The position numbers and the translations under genes were made by a program. From Raillietiella orientalis (Eukaryota), in assembly GCA_036172245.1 (NCBI GenBank), contig JAYWIR010000040.1, forward strand, positions 62,001 to 126,000: a DNA stretch of 64,000 nt, in the 5' to 3' direction. The notes under the pieces are model-generated. The model was not told the DNA's origin and ran no database searches. It was given only the letters and a program-made list of their open reading frames with translations. Positions 32,927 through 45,881 of the stretch are shown one piece after another (position 1 is the stretch's first letter; each line of letters begins with the position of its first letter).

Positions 32927-35900
32927 TTGCCACCCGGTCACGCCGAGGCGTTTATTTGAAATTCTCTTTGGTTCGTGGTACGAGGCCCCACTACGGCCAT
33001 CTCTACTGGACCTGCCGGGTCGCCGGTACGCAGACCGGCGCGACTCTCCTCGGCAGCGGAAGGGGGTGGGGGAAAAAACAAAAAGAAAAATAAAACATAA
33101 AAACAAAAAGATTTGGGAGGGTTGGCGAGGGATCACTGACCACTGGGAGGAGGGTCCATCCTTCGCAGGATGCCCTCGAGGTCCGTTCGTATAATTCCCA
33201 GGTGGGGCCATCTGGTCACAATCCGCAGGTAGCGGACTGCAAGTACGATAGCATCCCTGTCGTGATTCGGTCTTCCGACGTTGCTCCAGCACGTCACAAT
33301 CCCGCGTACGCAGCAAAGTGCAGCCAGGGCAGCGGCTGGACGCAGGGCATCATGCACGAACAGAAGCCGAAAAACGTCTCTGGGCTGGCTGCCCTCCTGG
33401 ATCCGTAGCGAGGCACGAAGACGTTCCCACAGGGGTCGGAGGGCAGCACAATCAACAAGGAGGTGGGGGAGGGTTTCCCGTTCCCCACACCTGATGCAGG
33501 TAGGATCTACTCGACCCCTGGTCCAGTGGTGGCGGCGTGCGTTGCAGGGTAGACCCCAATGCAACAACAGAAGCGCCGACTCCTGCCACTTCAGGGGGAG
33601 GATCCTAGATCCAATTAATACCGGGGGCCACTTCAGGTCATCCGGCTGGATGCCGAGTAGCTCGCCCCATCTCTGCAGTCCTCTCGGTTTGACACTAGGT
33701 GTACTGGCGTCCGCCAGTTCACCCGTGGACCAGCCGCTGATCAACTTCTCCTTGCCTGCGATGCGGCAGGAGACTTGCCACCTAGGCTTGCGGCTGCTGG
33801 AGAGCGCCCTCCTCAGGAAGGGCATCGCCGTAGCTAGGGGGGTTGTCTCTGCCCACGTGCTTCTCGCGGGACACTGGAGTATCTTCCGCAGAGTGCAGCG
33901 GGAATAGGCGCCGCGTCGCAGGCAGTTCCACATCTCTGAGTTCTGCTCTTTGATATTCGCCCACGTGCCAGCGGTCTCCTCCAGCCATGCGGAGGAGTTG
34001 GCGGGGCTGCATTCCATCCAGCCGTTTTCCTTTGCCAGGGTTGCCATCCGTCCCAGGAGGAGTCCGCATCTCTTGATTTTCGAGCCGCGGCACAGAAGAT
34101 GAGACGCGAGACCCTCCGTTCCGGATACACGGCTGGCAAGGAGTCGGGCCGGAACGCACCATGGGGTGCTCCATAACTTCTCTGCGATGGCCAGGGTGCG
34201 CCATCGCAGCTGGATTTCTACTCTCTCCACCGTCAAGAGGCCCAGACCGCCATCCCGACGTGGAGCACACAAGTCCTTCAACTGGACTCGGGGCCTCCCT
34301 CTTCCCCAAAGGGCAATTCTCAGGAGGTCCTTTGTCCGTTTTTTCAACTCTCTGGGGACGGGGCAAACAAAAAGCAGGGGGCGGAGGATGGGAGCTGCAA
34401 AGGAGTTGCACACCGCGGCCCGTTCCGGAAGCAGGAACTTGTCTTGCAAGAACGGGCCGATCGCCGTTTTTACTTTTTGGAGGCAGCCGGACCACGCATC
34501 CGAAGGGGAGTAATCCCCCAACGGCACACCGAGGTACTTCAAGCACCTCGCCGAGGGGATCCCCAAACGGACCCAGTCCTGCTGCCCAGCCCACGTCGCA
34601 CCGACTGGCACCACCGACGACTTCGCCTTGTTAACCTGCAGTCCGGTTCCGCGGTTAAGCAGGTCGAAGAAATCCTCGACTGCCTTTGCCGGGGTGGACA
34701 TCGGCAACAAGAGGAGAGGATCGTCGGCGTACGCTGCTACGGCGGGCGTGCCGGGGCACGAGCTCGGCAAGAGGGCCAGCGTCACCCTATACGCTCTCAG
34801 CACCAACTCAAAGTAGGTGCTAAAGAGCAGGGGACTGAGGCTGTCACCCTGCCGTATGCCCCGCCGTACCGGCACGCCGTACGCCATTTGACCTCTGAAA
34901 GAGATATTGATCTGCGCGCTGCGCCAGCAAGAGCGCAGGTAGGTCAGTAGGGAGGGAGGAAAGCCCATGCGTCCCAGGAGCTCCAGCAGGAGATCCTGGT
35001 CCACGCAGTCAAACGGTTTATGCAGATCGACTGCGATCGCTAAGGCTTTCTTCCCCACCTGGGAGTCCTGTCCCTGCCCGGCTGACGCCCCCAAAGCGGG
35101 GCTGCCAATCCTTCCCTCTTCCTTTTCTTCACTACTCTGCACATGAAACCATGTGCTCGCGAAGAAGAGGTTGGCCTCCATACTTCGCCCGGGAACAGCG
35201 TAATTCTGCTCCGGGATAATTATGGAATTGGCCACCTGCCCCAGACGCGAAGCCCACAGTCCGGAGATCAGCTTCGCGTCTGTGTTCACAATTGTGATCG
35301 GACGCCAGTTGCTGAGTTTCCTGAGGTCTCCTCCTTTCGGAAGGAGCCTCACTCTGGCTGACCGAAACGAGGCGGGTACATCGCCTTCATCTCGGATCAG
35401 CCTTGTCAACTCAAGCACCAGGGGTGCCAACTCTGCCGCGAAGCATTGAAAAAACTCCGCAGGCAGGCCGTCCTCCCCTGGTGCTTTCCGCCTCTTGAGC
35501 CTTTTGATACCGGCGAGAATTTCGCCGGTGGTAAAAAACTCGTCGAGGCTTTCCTTCTCCTCCTCTCCTATTGCCGGGGAACCGTTCGGAAGCAAGCGCC
35601 GAGAGGCATCTTGGTCCGGGGGCGCCATGGCGGAAAAGGAGGAATAATAACGCCGCACGAGGTGCCGTATTCTAGCCGGAGCCGAGTGCTCCCGGCCCTG
35701 GTCGTCCAGCAAGCTGGCCGATCCGGATTGCCAGGCTTGACGTTCGACCCCGGCTCGATACTCTGCCAGGCGACGGACATTGGGGGTCCTCTCGTACCTG
35801 CGTGCCTGTAAATAGGCCCTATGGTTCCGAGCCCCCTCCCCAAATCCGGGGGGCAGGCGGTGCAGGGGGAACTCCTCGCAGAACTCGCGGACCGAGGCCT

Positions 35901-36722
35901 TAAAAAGGTTTCAATCTTTGAGACTGCGGAGGGTGACGCCTCTCAGGAATTCGCGAAGGTGTTCCTTCGCACCTGAGCGGCGCGTACAGTCCCCAGGCAA
36001 CCGCCACGCCCTGGACGGGGGTCCCTTGTCGCGCAGCCACACCTCGAATATCAATCTGGAATGGTCAGATAGTTCCGACGCAACTTTCCCTCGTTTGCCG
36101 ACCCGCGAGCCCAGGTCGACGTCCAGGAAGACGTGGTCGATGCTGCTGACCATTCCCGGGAGTTCCTTTAACAAGTTGCGCGTGCGCATGGCAGCGCACC
36201 ACCCGTTAGCAGTCCGTTCCTGTGTGCGTGGCTCACCTGATAGCAGGCGGAGATTGAGGTCTCCCGCTATCAGGTGAGCCACGCGCACGTTCGCTTCCAC
36301 CAGCCAGTCGTGCTTCAGGCTTTCCAGGAACGCCGCGCGTTCCCGGTACCTTTTATAACCGCTTGGGGCGCATACGTTTGTTACGACGAGGTCGATCGTG
36401 TCGGACCATCTGAAAATCAGCTGGCCGACACGACCGGCTTCGTCGAAGCGCACGCCCTTCACGGCAGCGTCGACCGCCGGCTTCATGAAAAACGCGACGC
36501 CGCAGATGTATCGGGTGCCGCATTGCCACACCAGCCGCCCCCCTGCGATCCTCTCGATCTCCTGGGCGTTCTCCCCGGTGATCACGTGGATCTCCTGCAG
36601 GAGTGCCAGGTCGAAGTCACGCAGGGTGGCTGCCGTGTCCCGTGTGTTGCTGTCGTCGCGCAGCCCGTGGACGTTCCAACATGCCACACGCAATCGACGG
36701 CGACAGGCGAGCCCAGGTGTTA
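32927..36722 (-). mobile_element. Tx1-like LINE family G, copy 1 (entire ORF2 region plus 3' UTR; ORF1 lost)
   Basis: TAACA junction at 36722-36718; APE 35911-36720; 859-aa RT-CCHC ORF 33133-35712; 3' hairpin at 32927-32956. Confidence 0.92.
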
Positions 36723-37402
36723 TTCCCTTAAGTGGCAAGAGTCGGCGTTGCTACTGCTGCACTGGGGTTTACCCTGCAACGCACGCCGCTTCCACTGGAC
36801 AAGGGGAGCTGTGGATCCTGAGTGTGTCAGGTGCGGAGAGCGGGAATCGCTCTCCCACCTTATTGTGGACTGTGCTACCATCCGACCCCTCTGGAAACGG
36901 TTCGGGACGACCCTCGGGCTCCCTACGGGCAGCACCCCCAGAGACGTTCTTCGGCCCCTCTTCGTGAAGGACGCATTGCAGCCAGCCGCAGCCATCGCAG
37001 CCTTGTGCTGCGTCCGTGGCATCCTGGCGGCATGGAACGACGCCAACAACGAAAGAGTGGGTCCACAGGCGAGGGATGTCATCCCGTATGCCCAATGCTT
37101 CTTGCGGAGAGCTGCCGGATGGCCCCAACTGGGGAATATGCAGACAGACCTCGAGGGCTTCGTTCGACGGATGGGCCCTCCCCACAGCGACCAGTGATCC
37201 CTTCGCTGCCCTCCAACTTCTTTTTGGTTGTTTCTTTTTATTTTTCTTTTTGTCTTATCCCCATCCCCCTTCGCTGTCGGGGAGTGCCACGCCGGGCTGC
37301 GTCCCGGTGTCGCGACAGGTCCTGTGTTTACGGCCGTGGTGGGGCCTCGTACCACGCATGTAGAGTTTACAAATAAACGCCCCGGGCGTACCCGGGTGAC
37401 AA
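36723..37402 (+). mobile_element. 3' segment of a family C element
   Basis: PLKWQESALLLLHWG...CVRCGERESLSHLIVDC; paralog of 55588-56270; hairpin at 37372-37402. Confidence 0.88.
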
Positions 37403-37417
37403 CGCCGAATCCCTTGG

Positions 37418-37443
37418 CGAGTGGACGTGTTTTTCCTTCGCTC
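37418..37443 (+). promoter_or_regulatory. Conserved 5'-terminal motif, putative internal promoter (representative of 11 copies)
   Basis: CGAGTGGACGTGTTTTTCCTTCGCTC; variants sit at the 5' junction of each intact element. Confidence 0.6.
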
Positions 37444-39634
37444 TTCAGAGAGTCGAGAGAAAGCGGTTTTTTCTTGTGTTGTTTGGTGTGGAACATCGTT
37501 GGTGTCCGATGGCAGCGATGCCTGAGGACACCACGATGGAGGTAGGTGTGGGGGAGGCTTGCCCACCCCCACAGCCTGCAGAGCATGTGGGGGCATCCGA
37601 TCCGGAATCGCCCTTGATGCCCAAGGCGAGGAGCTGGAGCCCGATGGTGGCCGAGCCGAGCGCGGAAACAATGGCCGAGATGGCGGCCTACCGGGCAGCT
37701 GGGTACAAGCCCAGCTTGGTGTATCAGATAGGCCCCTTAGTTGATGGAAAAACGGCACGCGCGTTTTCGAAAGCGCAGGAAAACGCCGGAGTTTAATAAC
37801 AAGATCTCGACGGCCTGTCCGTTCTCAGCGGAGGTCAGCGAGTCGAGGTGGTGTGCAAGGAGATCACGTTGGCTCAAAGTCTGATCACCAACTTGTTGAA
37901 CGTCGACGGCCGCAAGATCTTGCCGGTGACGATGGACCGCTCCGTGGTGGTCCATCTCACTGGAATCACGAGCCGTATGACTCGCTCTGCGGTAGCACAA
38001 GAACTTCGGAAGTTCGGCGAGGTGCACGCGCTGTGGCCTAAGCCAACAATCTTCGAAGGCTTTAACAGCCATTTCGGAGGCCAGGCTGCAGCGCGGGTAA
38101 CCGTGAATAAGGATTGTGGGCTTCCCCACAAGCTGGAGGTCGCGCAAGAGAGCGTGGACCTCTGGTACGTGGGAAAGCCCCGGTATTGCGGCTACTGGGA
38201 TACCGTAGGACACCTTCGCAAGAGGTGTCCTAACATCCAATGCCACATGTGCGGGGAGAAGGGCCACGTTCGACGTGTGTGCCCAAAACGATCCACCTTG
38301 GTTCCTCCTGCCGCGAAAAAGGCGCAGGGGAAACGCGCAGTAAAGGTCACAAGACCTAAGGCGGAACCTGGCCGGCAGAAGCTGCCAGATCCTCAACCTC
38401 CAAAAGAAAAGACGGAGGATAAACCTTCCCAAGTGGCGGAAGGTGAAGAGGGCTGGCAACTTGTAGCAGCCAGAAAAGAAAAAAGCTCCTTTAAAGGAGA
38501 AGAAAGAAAAGTCGGCCGGTAATGCAAAAAAACCCAAGCCGCGTTCGAAAACCTTACGCGAGTGCACGGTGGCATTGGAACGTGTCGTCGTTCCTGAAGG
38601 TGCCACCCGGGGAGACGAGCCTCCCCTCGCCGTTTTCTTCGCGCCCGAGGCTCGCGATGGCGAACCCTCTGTGCAAACAGAAGGTGAGCCGCGCGACGCC
38701 CCGGTCGACACCGAGGACGCCGCGTTCGCAAAGGCGGCGGAGGAGCTCGCGGCCACGCTGGCGGAGCGTGAGAACCCCTCACGCAAGGCCGTGCGAAGGC
38801 CGGCTCCCGCGAAAAAGGCCCCCACAGGTGAGTTGGACCTGGGGGCCGGAAGAACATCCTCCTCCTCGAAGGCACCCCCCAGGAAGTCGGGACGCAAGTC
38901 CCAGAAAGCCAGGAGGCGCCTCCCCTCCACCCGCGAGGAGGAGAAGACGGAAGGTAGCGGTAGCGTAAGAATCCCGGAGGGGGAACTCCCACGCTCGGAA
39001 GCCGTCGAGCCGGCCACCCCCATGAAGGAGGGTGAGCAGGGGGGCGAAGTCCTCCCTGCAGTCGCCGAGCCTGAACAGCCCGCCCCCATGGAGGAGGGCC
39101 AACAGGTAGGCGTGACCCCAACTGAGGGTGATCCGCTCGACGCGCCGTTACCCATGGAGGAGGGGGACCAGGTGCACGCACCGCCTGACTTTCCTCCTCC
39201 ACCTAGCGTCCCGCCCCAACAGGTGGCGGACGCCGCATCGCCATCTTTCCAGGAGTAACACCTGGGCTCGCCAGTCGCCGTCGGATTCGCTCCGCCTGTT
39301 GGAACATCAACGGGCTGCGCGACGACAGTAACAGGCGAGATGCGGCCGACACCCTGCGTGAGCTCGACCTGGCCCTGCTGCAGGGGATCCACGTGATCAC
39401 CACGGCAGACACCCAGGAGATCGAGACGACCGCGGGAGGTCGGTTGTATTGGCGATGCGGCCTCCGCAACACCTGCGGGGTCGCGTTCTTCGTGAAGCCG
39501 GCCATCGACGCTGCCGTGAAGGGCGTGCGCTTCGATGACGACGGTCGGGTCGGTCAGCTGATTCTCGCTGTAGCGCGACTGGCTGGCGGACACGAACGTG
39601 CGGAAGACTCACCTGATAGCAGGAGATTTCAATC
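37418..39634 (+). mobile_element. Family C copy 2, 5' segment; continues at 45539-45881
   Basis: Paralog of 14534-16752, including the same internal APE deletion and the same B insertion point. Confidence 0.92.
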
Positions 39635-42600
39635 GAGTGCGGACGTGTTTTTCTTCGCTCTCGTCTCCGTGCTTTCATCCGCTTCATCTTGGCGTCGTAC
39701 ATTTTGACGACGATGTCGACTAAACCCGAAGCTACTGAAGTTGGAGGAACAGCATCCGGATCTGCAATCGCGGAACCGACGGCCGCCTCCACTTCGTCTT
39801 TGTCGCCAATGGAGAGGAGTTTTGCTGACGTTGCCGCCACAGCAGCCGTCAAAGGGAAACCACTCGACGAGTCGGAGTTGCGGGCATACGTAGCTTAAGG
39901 CTATACACCTGCTCTCCGGTATAAGGTAAGTGGTTTTCTTTCTGCGCGCGACGGGAATCAGTTCAACGATGAACTGAACCGTGTTGGCGTGCGGGAGGAG
40001 GACCTCCTCGCCATTATGCCCGTAAAGGATATGGGCTATTTCAAGGTGCGTTGCAAAGACGCTGCACTTGTGCAACGCTTGCTGTGCACCCCGTTGTCGA
40101 TCCGTGGCCAGAAGGTCTTTCCGGCCGCCATGGACGACTCATTTGTGGCGGAGATTTTCGACATCGAGTCGGAAATCTCCGATATTGATATTCGGAACGC
40201 GTTGGCGAAATTCGCCACGGTCCATGCGCTGTGGAGGGTGCGTAGCAACCTCAAGGACTTCCCGTCCATACACAGCGGATTCGCTGGAGTCCGGCTTACA
40301 ATGCCGGACCGCCGTCTGCTGCCCACCAAACTACAGGTAAAAGACACGGTCGTTCACCTGTGGTTCGTGGGCAAAGTAAGAACGTGCGAGCAATGCGGGA
40401 AGGAGGGGCATTATTTGGATAAATGTACCTCTGGAAAATGCCGTTATTGTAAACTATCCGGGCACCAATTGAAAAATTGCCCGGATCTTTTGCGAAAAAA
40501 GGCAGCCGCGGAGCTCCATCTTAAGAAACAAAGCGCGGATATAAAGAAAAACTCTGCGAAAAACCTGGAGACCCCACGGCAGAAATTCCGTAAAAACGCG
40601 AAGCGGAATGTCGCCCCAAAGCTGCAGGAAGCCTTGCACGCGAAGCCCTGCGCGCCCCCTCTCACGGCAGGGAAGCCGCAAAAGAAAGGGTGCGGGGAAT
40701 CCGGGGCAATGGTGAGTCCCCCTAGGCGCAATAGATGTCCTTCCCAAGCACGCCCGGCTCTCTCGGAGTTCGAGCAACCGGCGGGGACGCCAATGGACAA
40801 CGGCGGTAAGGACACTTCCAGTACCGTCAGATCCATTCCTTCACCTCCTGCAGTGGCTGAGAAGCCCAAATCGGGTAAGAAGGGTTGTGCCGTGTCGACT
40901 TTGAAAGTCGGCAAAAAGAAATCCGCGTCGCGATCCAACACCGCGAAAGCGGAGAAAAATCTCACGCCGTCGCAGTCGGAGAGCAAGCTCTCGACTGGTG
41001 CGGATGCTATGCCAACGAAGGGATTAAAAGCCCTTCCGAAGGCAGCGCCCATGACGAGCGTGTCGAAGCCATCGATAGTGCTCCCGTACAAAGACGCGAA
41101 TGGCTTCAAAGATGGCAATGGAGCACAATCTCCATTTACGGCGCCACGCGAAGTGAGGAACCGTAATGAAGTAAAGAAGACTTCAGCAAAGGTCCCTCGT
41201 GCAAATGCGCGTGAGCACGCTGAAAACGCGGATGCCGCGAAAGCAGCCGTCACCAAAAGCGATGCTCTGGAGACGGAAAATGACAACAGGACAGCTGTCA
41301 ATCAATCAGAACCTGTCACTACTTCGCGGAAGGCCGAAACCCGATCGAACATGCGCCGGTCGGACTCCGAAATGGATGCCGTTCCGATCACCTAAACGAG
41401 GACAACTCGTTCAAATGCGTGTGTGCGCCGATCAAAAGTAGGCAACCAGGCAACGCTCGCCGCGAAGCAACGCGAAGTCCCCACGAAACCCGACGGGGTT
41501 AAGCCTGGCGTGGAGGCATTACATGCATGCAGCACGACAGCGGACGGTGGCGACCGTCCCCTCCAGCCAGTCGTGCTGCTCGCCGTCTGCTCGCCGGATA
41601 AAGCGAGCAAAAAGCCGCTACCTTCCCAGCAGTAATGCGGGGAATCGCGTCTTCTCGTCGTCTGTCCGTAACGTGTTGGAACGTGAACGGAATACAGAAC
41701 GACGAGAAGAGGCGATTAGTAGCCAACGCCCTGCGCCACTTCGACTCCGCGCTCCTGCAGGAGATTCACGTAATCTCCGACGAGCAGGCAGCCGAAATCG
41801 AGGAGCGCGCAGGCGGAACGCTACATTGGCGGTGCGGCGGCGGACATACGTGCGGCGTCGCGTTCCTCGTAAGAGGAAAAATGGCGGAAGCGGTGCGTAG
41901 TGTTCGTTTCGACGACGACGGACGGATAGGCCAGCTTGTCATCAAGTGGTCCGAGTCCATCGATCTCGTCGTTACAAACGTCTACGCGCCGAGTGGCTCT
42001 CGCTACCTCGAAGAAAGAGTAGCTTTCTTTGGTGAGGTGCAGAGCCACTGGCTGAAGAACTCCGGCTTCCAAGTGGCGGACCTCGTCGCTGGGGACTTCA
42101 ACGTCCGCCTGCTCTGCGACGATTGGAGCCGCCCGAGGGAGCGCGCGCTGCCCATCGAGATGTGCGCATCCGTGCACGCCGCCAACTTGATGGCCAGCGA
42201 ACCTGGAATGGAAAGATCGCTCGATCACGTTTTCCTCGATGAAAACCTGCATTCGCGTGTGGGTAGGAGAGGAAGATTGTTGACTGAGCTTTCTGACCAC
42301 CACAGGTTGGAGTTTGAGATTCTTCCGCCAGGCAGGGTGCCTCCGTTGCAAAGCTGGAGGATGCAGGCGGATTGGCTTAGCCAACCGGAGGCTGCGGAGC
42401 ATCTACGTGGACACCTCCGAGGCTTTGCCATTCAAGAACTTGCGGACTGGGACGATCTCAAAAGATCTGTCCGCGAGTTCTGCTCAATTCCCCTTGCACC
42501 GGCTTCCACGCGGTTTCGGACAGGGCGCGGCCAACAGTAGAGACTTTCTGCAGGCCCGCACGTTTTTGAGACGCGCGGATCTCGGGCGTCTCGCAGAGTA

Positions 42601-45538
42601 CAAGGCGAGGGCCGAGTGCCAGGTCTGGCAGTCCGGAGCAGCATGCCTGTTGGACGACAAGGGCCAGGAATGTTCGGCCTCAGCCGAAGTACGCCGCATT
42701 GTGAGACGCTACTACTCCTCGCTGTACGCGGAATCCCCGACGGAGGATATTCTTTCTGAGATACTCCTGTCTCAGGATGCTCGTGTTGTCGGCGAGGAGG
42801 AACGCGAACGTCTCGACGAGCCCTTCACGGCGGATGAATTTTCGTCCGCCATCGCTGGGCTGAAGAGACGAAAGGCGCCAGGCGAGGATGGGCTCCCTGC
42901 AGAGTTTTATGAGTGCTTCGCAGTGGAGCTCATTCCCTTGATGCTGAAACTCGCGACGCTGATGAGTGAATCCGGGAATGTCCCGGATTCCTTCCGCTCA
43001 GCGAAGGTACGTCTCCTGACGAAAGGCGGAGACTTGCGTCAACTTGACAAATGGCGCCCGATCACTTTGGTGAACTCGAACGTCAAGTTGTTTTCCAAGC
43101 TGTGGGTCGCGCGGTTAGGAAGTATCGCGGAATCTGTGGTGAGACCGGAACAAACCTACGCGGTTCCGGGACGATCCATGGAGGCGAACATCCTTTTCGC
43201 GCGTACATGGATGCATCTGCAGGAAGTTGAGGCGCAGCAAAGCCAGGTTGCTGCGAGAGTCACTGCCGCAGGCAAGAAGAACAGGCGCCGACGGCAGGAG
43301 GGAACGCCAGGTGCCTTGGCGGTCGCGGTCGATCTTCACAAGGCGTTCGACTGCGTAAACCAGAAGCTGCTTTTGGAGCTTATGGAACGCCTTGGGTTCC
43401 CGGCGCACCTCCTGCTGTATTTGCGCGCGTGCTGGCGCAACGCGCTAACCTGCATCACTTTCAGCGGCTGGCGCGTGTATGGTATTCCCGTTCGTAGGGG
43501 CATCCGACAGGGCGACAGCTTAAGCCCGTTGCTCTTCAGCATCTTCTTTGAGTTGGTGCTAAGAGCATACAGGCTGACGCTGTCTCACTTGCCAAGCTCC
43601 TGCCCGGGAACGCCTGCCGTGGCAGCCTACGCTGATGACCTGCTTCTTGTGATCCCCGTGTCCACCCCGGCGTCAAGTGTCGAGGATTTCTTCGACCTGA
43701 TTCGTCGCGGAGCGGGCGTCAGCGTGGACAGAGAGAAGAGCGTGGTCGTTCCTGTGGGTACGTCGTGGGAGGGGCAGTCCGACTGGATCCGCCTGGGGAT
43801 CCCCACGGGCGGGTACTTTAAGTACCTTGGCGTTCCGTTGGGCGCTTTCGGCGCATCCGGAACGTGGGCGGACTGTCTCCAGAAAGCAGAGTTGGCCATC
43901 AGCCCGTTCTTCAACGGCAAGTTCACCTTGCAGGAACGGGCGACTATTTGGAACACCTTTGTGGCCCCCCTCCTCCGTCCCCTGTTTTTTGTTTTGGACC
44001 CCCACTATGCGGCAAAACAGCGGGCTAAACGCCTGCTCAGGAACGCTCTCTGGGGTCCGGCGAGATCCAGGATCGGCCTCAAAGATTTGTTGGCTCCGCG
44101 TCGGGATGCTGGTTTGGGTATCCTGACAATGGAGCAAATCGGACTGCAGGTGCAGTTCCGACTGCTGGCACTGTGTGCCCAGCTATGGACATCCCCCCTG
44201 TGTGTGCCAGCCCGCATTCTCCTGCGGAGATGCGCCGGCAGCGGAGGATTTCTCTCGCTTTTGCCGGGCACTCAATACATGAAGCGGGGTTTCGGTTTTC
44301 CATTGCAGCAGTTGACCGCACTTCTGGAAGCTCACTCGTGGATCTCCTGCCGCCCAATGAACTTTGAAGCTTGGCGGCAGGAGTCTGTTGAATCCTGGGC
44401 GGCGTTTTAAGGAATACGCCCTGAAGATCTTCGCCCCCTGCGTCAATTTTTTCCACGATCCTTGGAAGAAGTACTGCAGGACGAGGTGAAGTTTTCTACC
44501 CTGGCTGCCACACCTCTTGCCGCAGCGCTGTCTGCCCTCAGGGCAAGAAACGACAGTTACCAACCGGCGTGGTGGGAGGTTTCCTGCACGATAGCGGGAA
44601 AAACCAAACTCTTGGCGCCTGGAAGTCGAGTGAGTTGTCGGACGCCGCCACTCCTCGTGTTACTGCAAAGGGACTCCTCCTGTGGGCAGAAGAACTTGCT
44701 GTCACCCCCGAAGAACTTGTAGTCCCTTCACAGTGTACTGACAGTTCGCTGCTCCTCCTTGCTTGGAAACAAGCCGTGCTGCTTTTCGTTCACTGGGGTT
44801 TTCAGTGCAACGAGCGTTGGCATCGTGACTCCGGGGGACTTGCGTCTGCGAACTGCGTTCGGTGCGGATCGACGGAGTCGATTCCGCACCTACTTCTGGA
44901 CTGCGGTGTCCTACAAGGACTGTGGCGTAGGCTGGCAACAGCAGTAATGCATCCCCTGGACACCGCAAGAGACTTGCTGCGACGATTCTTCACGCCGAGC
45001 GGGCTGTCACTAAGCGCAAGGATTGCAACCATCGGTTGCATACGCGCGATAGTTTCCGTCAGCCAGGCGTTGGTAATCAACGGACAGCACCAAGAAGTAA
45101 TCAGCAAAGCATCCTTCCACATGGGAGCATCCGCTAGATGGCCTCATTTGACAGAGGAGACAAAAAGGAATCTCGCCGCAATACACCGCCGGTTTACACA
45201 CGCTCAGCAGCGGCCAACCCGGTGATCATTGCTCTACCCTCCATAAACTAATTTTGCATTTTCCTTTCACACCCGCGTCCCCATAGGCTCCGGAACATTT
45301 CAGGTGCTCAGCGTATAAATCCTCGTGAGTACGGAGCCTATCCAAAAACCCGTTACTCTTCCCTCCAGTTTTTGATTTTTGTTTGTTTCCCCTCATTCCT
45401 CCCACGCTGCGAGCGGTCTGCTTACCAGGCCTGCGTGTTGGTAATTTTTCTATGTTCGCTGTCGTACTGTTGGTTGGGAACATTGTCCCTGACCAGTTTA
45501 TTATTATTAATAAACGCCCCGGCGTGACCGGGTGATAA
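39635..45538 (+). mobile_element. Full-length family B copy 2 (about 5.9 kb), inactivated
   Basis: Perfect 9-bp TSD ATTTCAATC at 39626-39634 and 45539-45547. ORF1 39713-41635 has stops; TAATG at 41633-41637; ORF2 41635-45225 has frameshifts and a stop at 44408-44410. Confidence 0.94.
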
Positions 45539-45881
45539 ATTTCAATCTCCGTCTGCTAACAGCTGAGCCAGAAACACAAGAGAACGCGATGAACGAGTTG
45601 TGCGCCACCATGCGTGCGCGCAACTTGTTCGCGGGTGAGAGGGGAATGGTCCGCAGCATCGACCACGTCTTCCTCGACGCTGACCTGTGTTCACGGGTCG
45701 GCAAACGGAGGAGGGTTGCGTCGACGTTGTCGGACCATTCCCGGTTAATTATCGAGATGCGGCCTCGCGACAAGGGACCGCAATGCAGGGATTGGCGTCT
45801 GCCGGGGGACTGGACGCGACTCTCAGGTGCGAAGGAACACCTTCGCGAATTCCTGAGAGGCGTCACGGTCCAGAGTCTCTG
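45539..45881 (+). mobile_element. Family C copy 2, APE C-terminal segment
   Basis: Paralog of 20898-21240. Confidence 0.9.

Noticed and set aside
37737..39593. Long antisense ORFs (618 aa here; also 30274-31725, 51454-52452, 17562-18509, 15665-16711)
   Set aside because: Shadows of GC-rich low-complexity ORF1 sequence; their extents differ between copies and they have no independent motifs.
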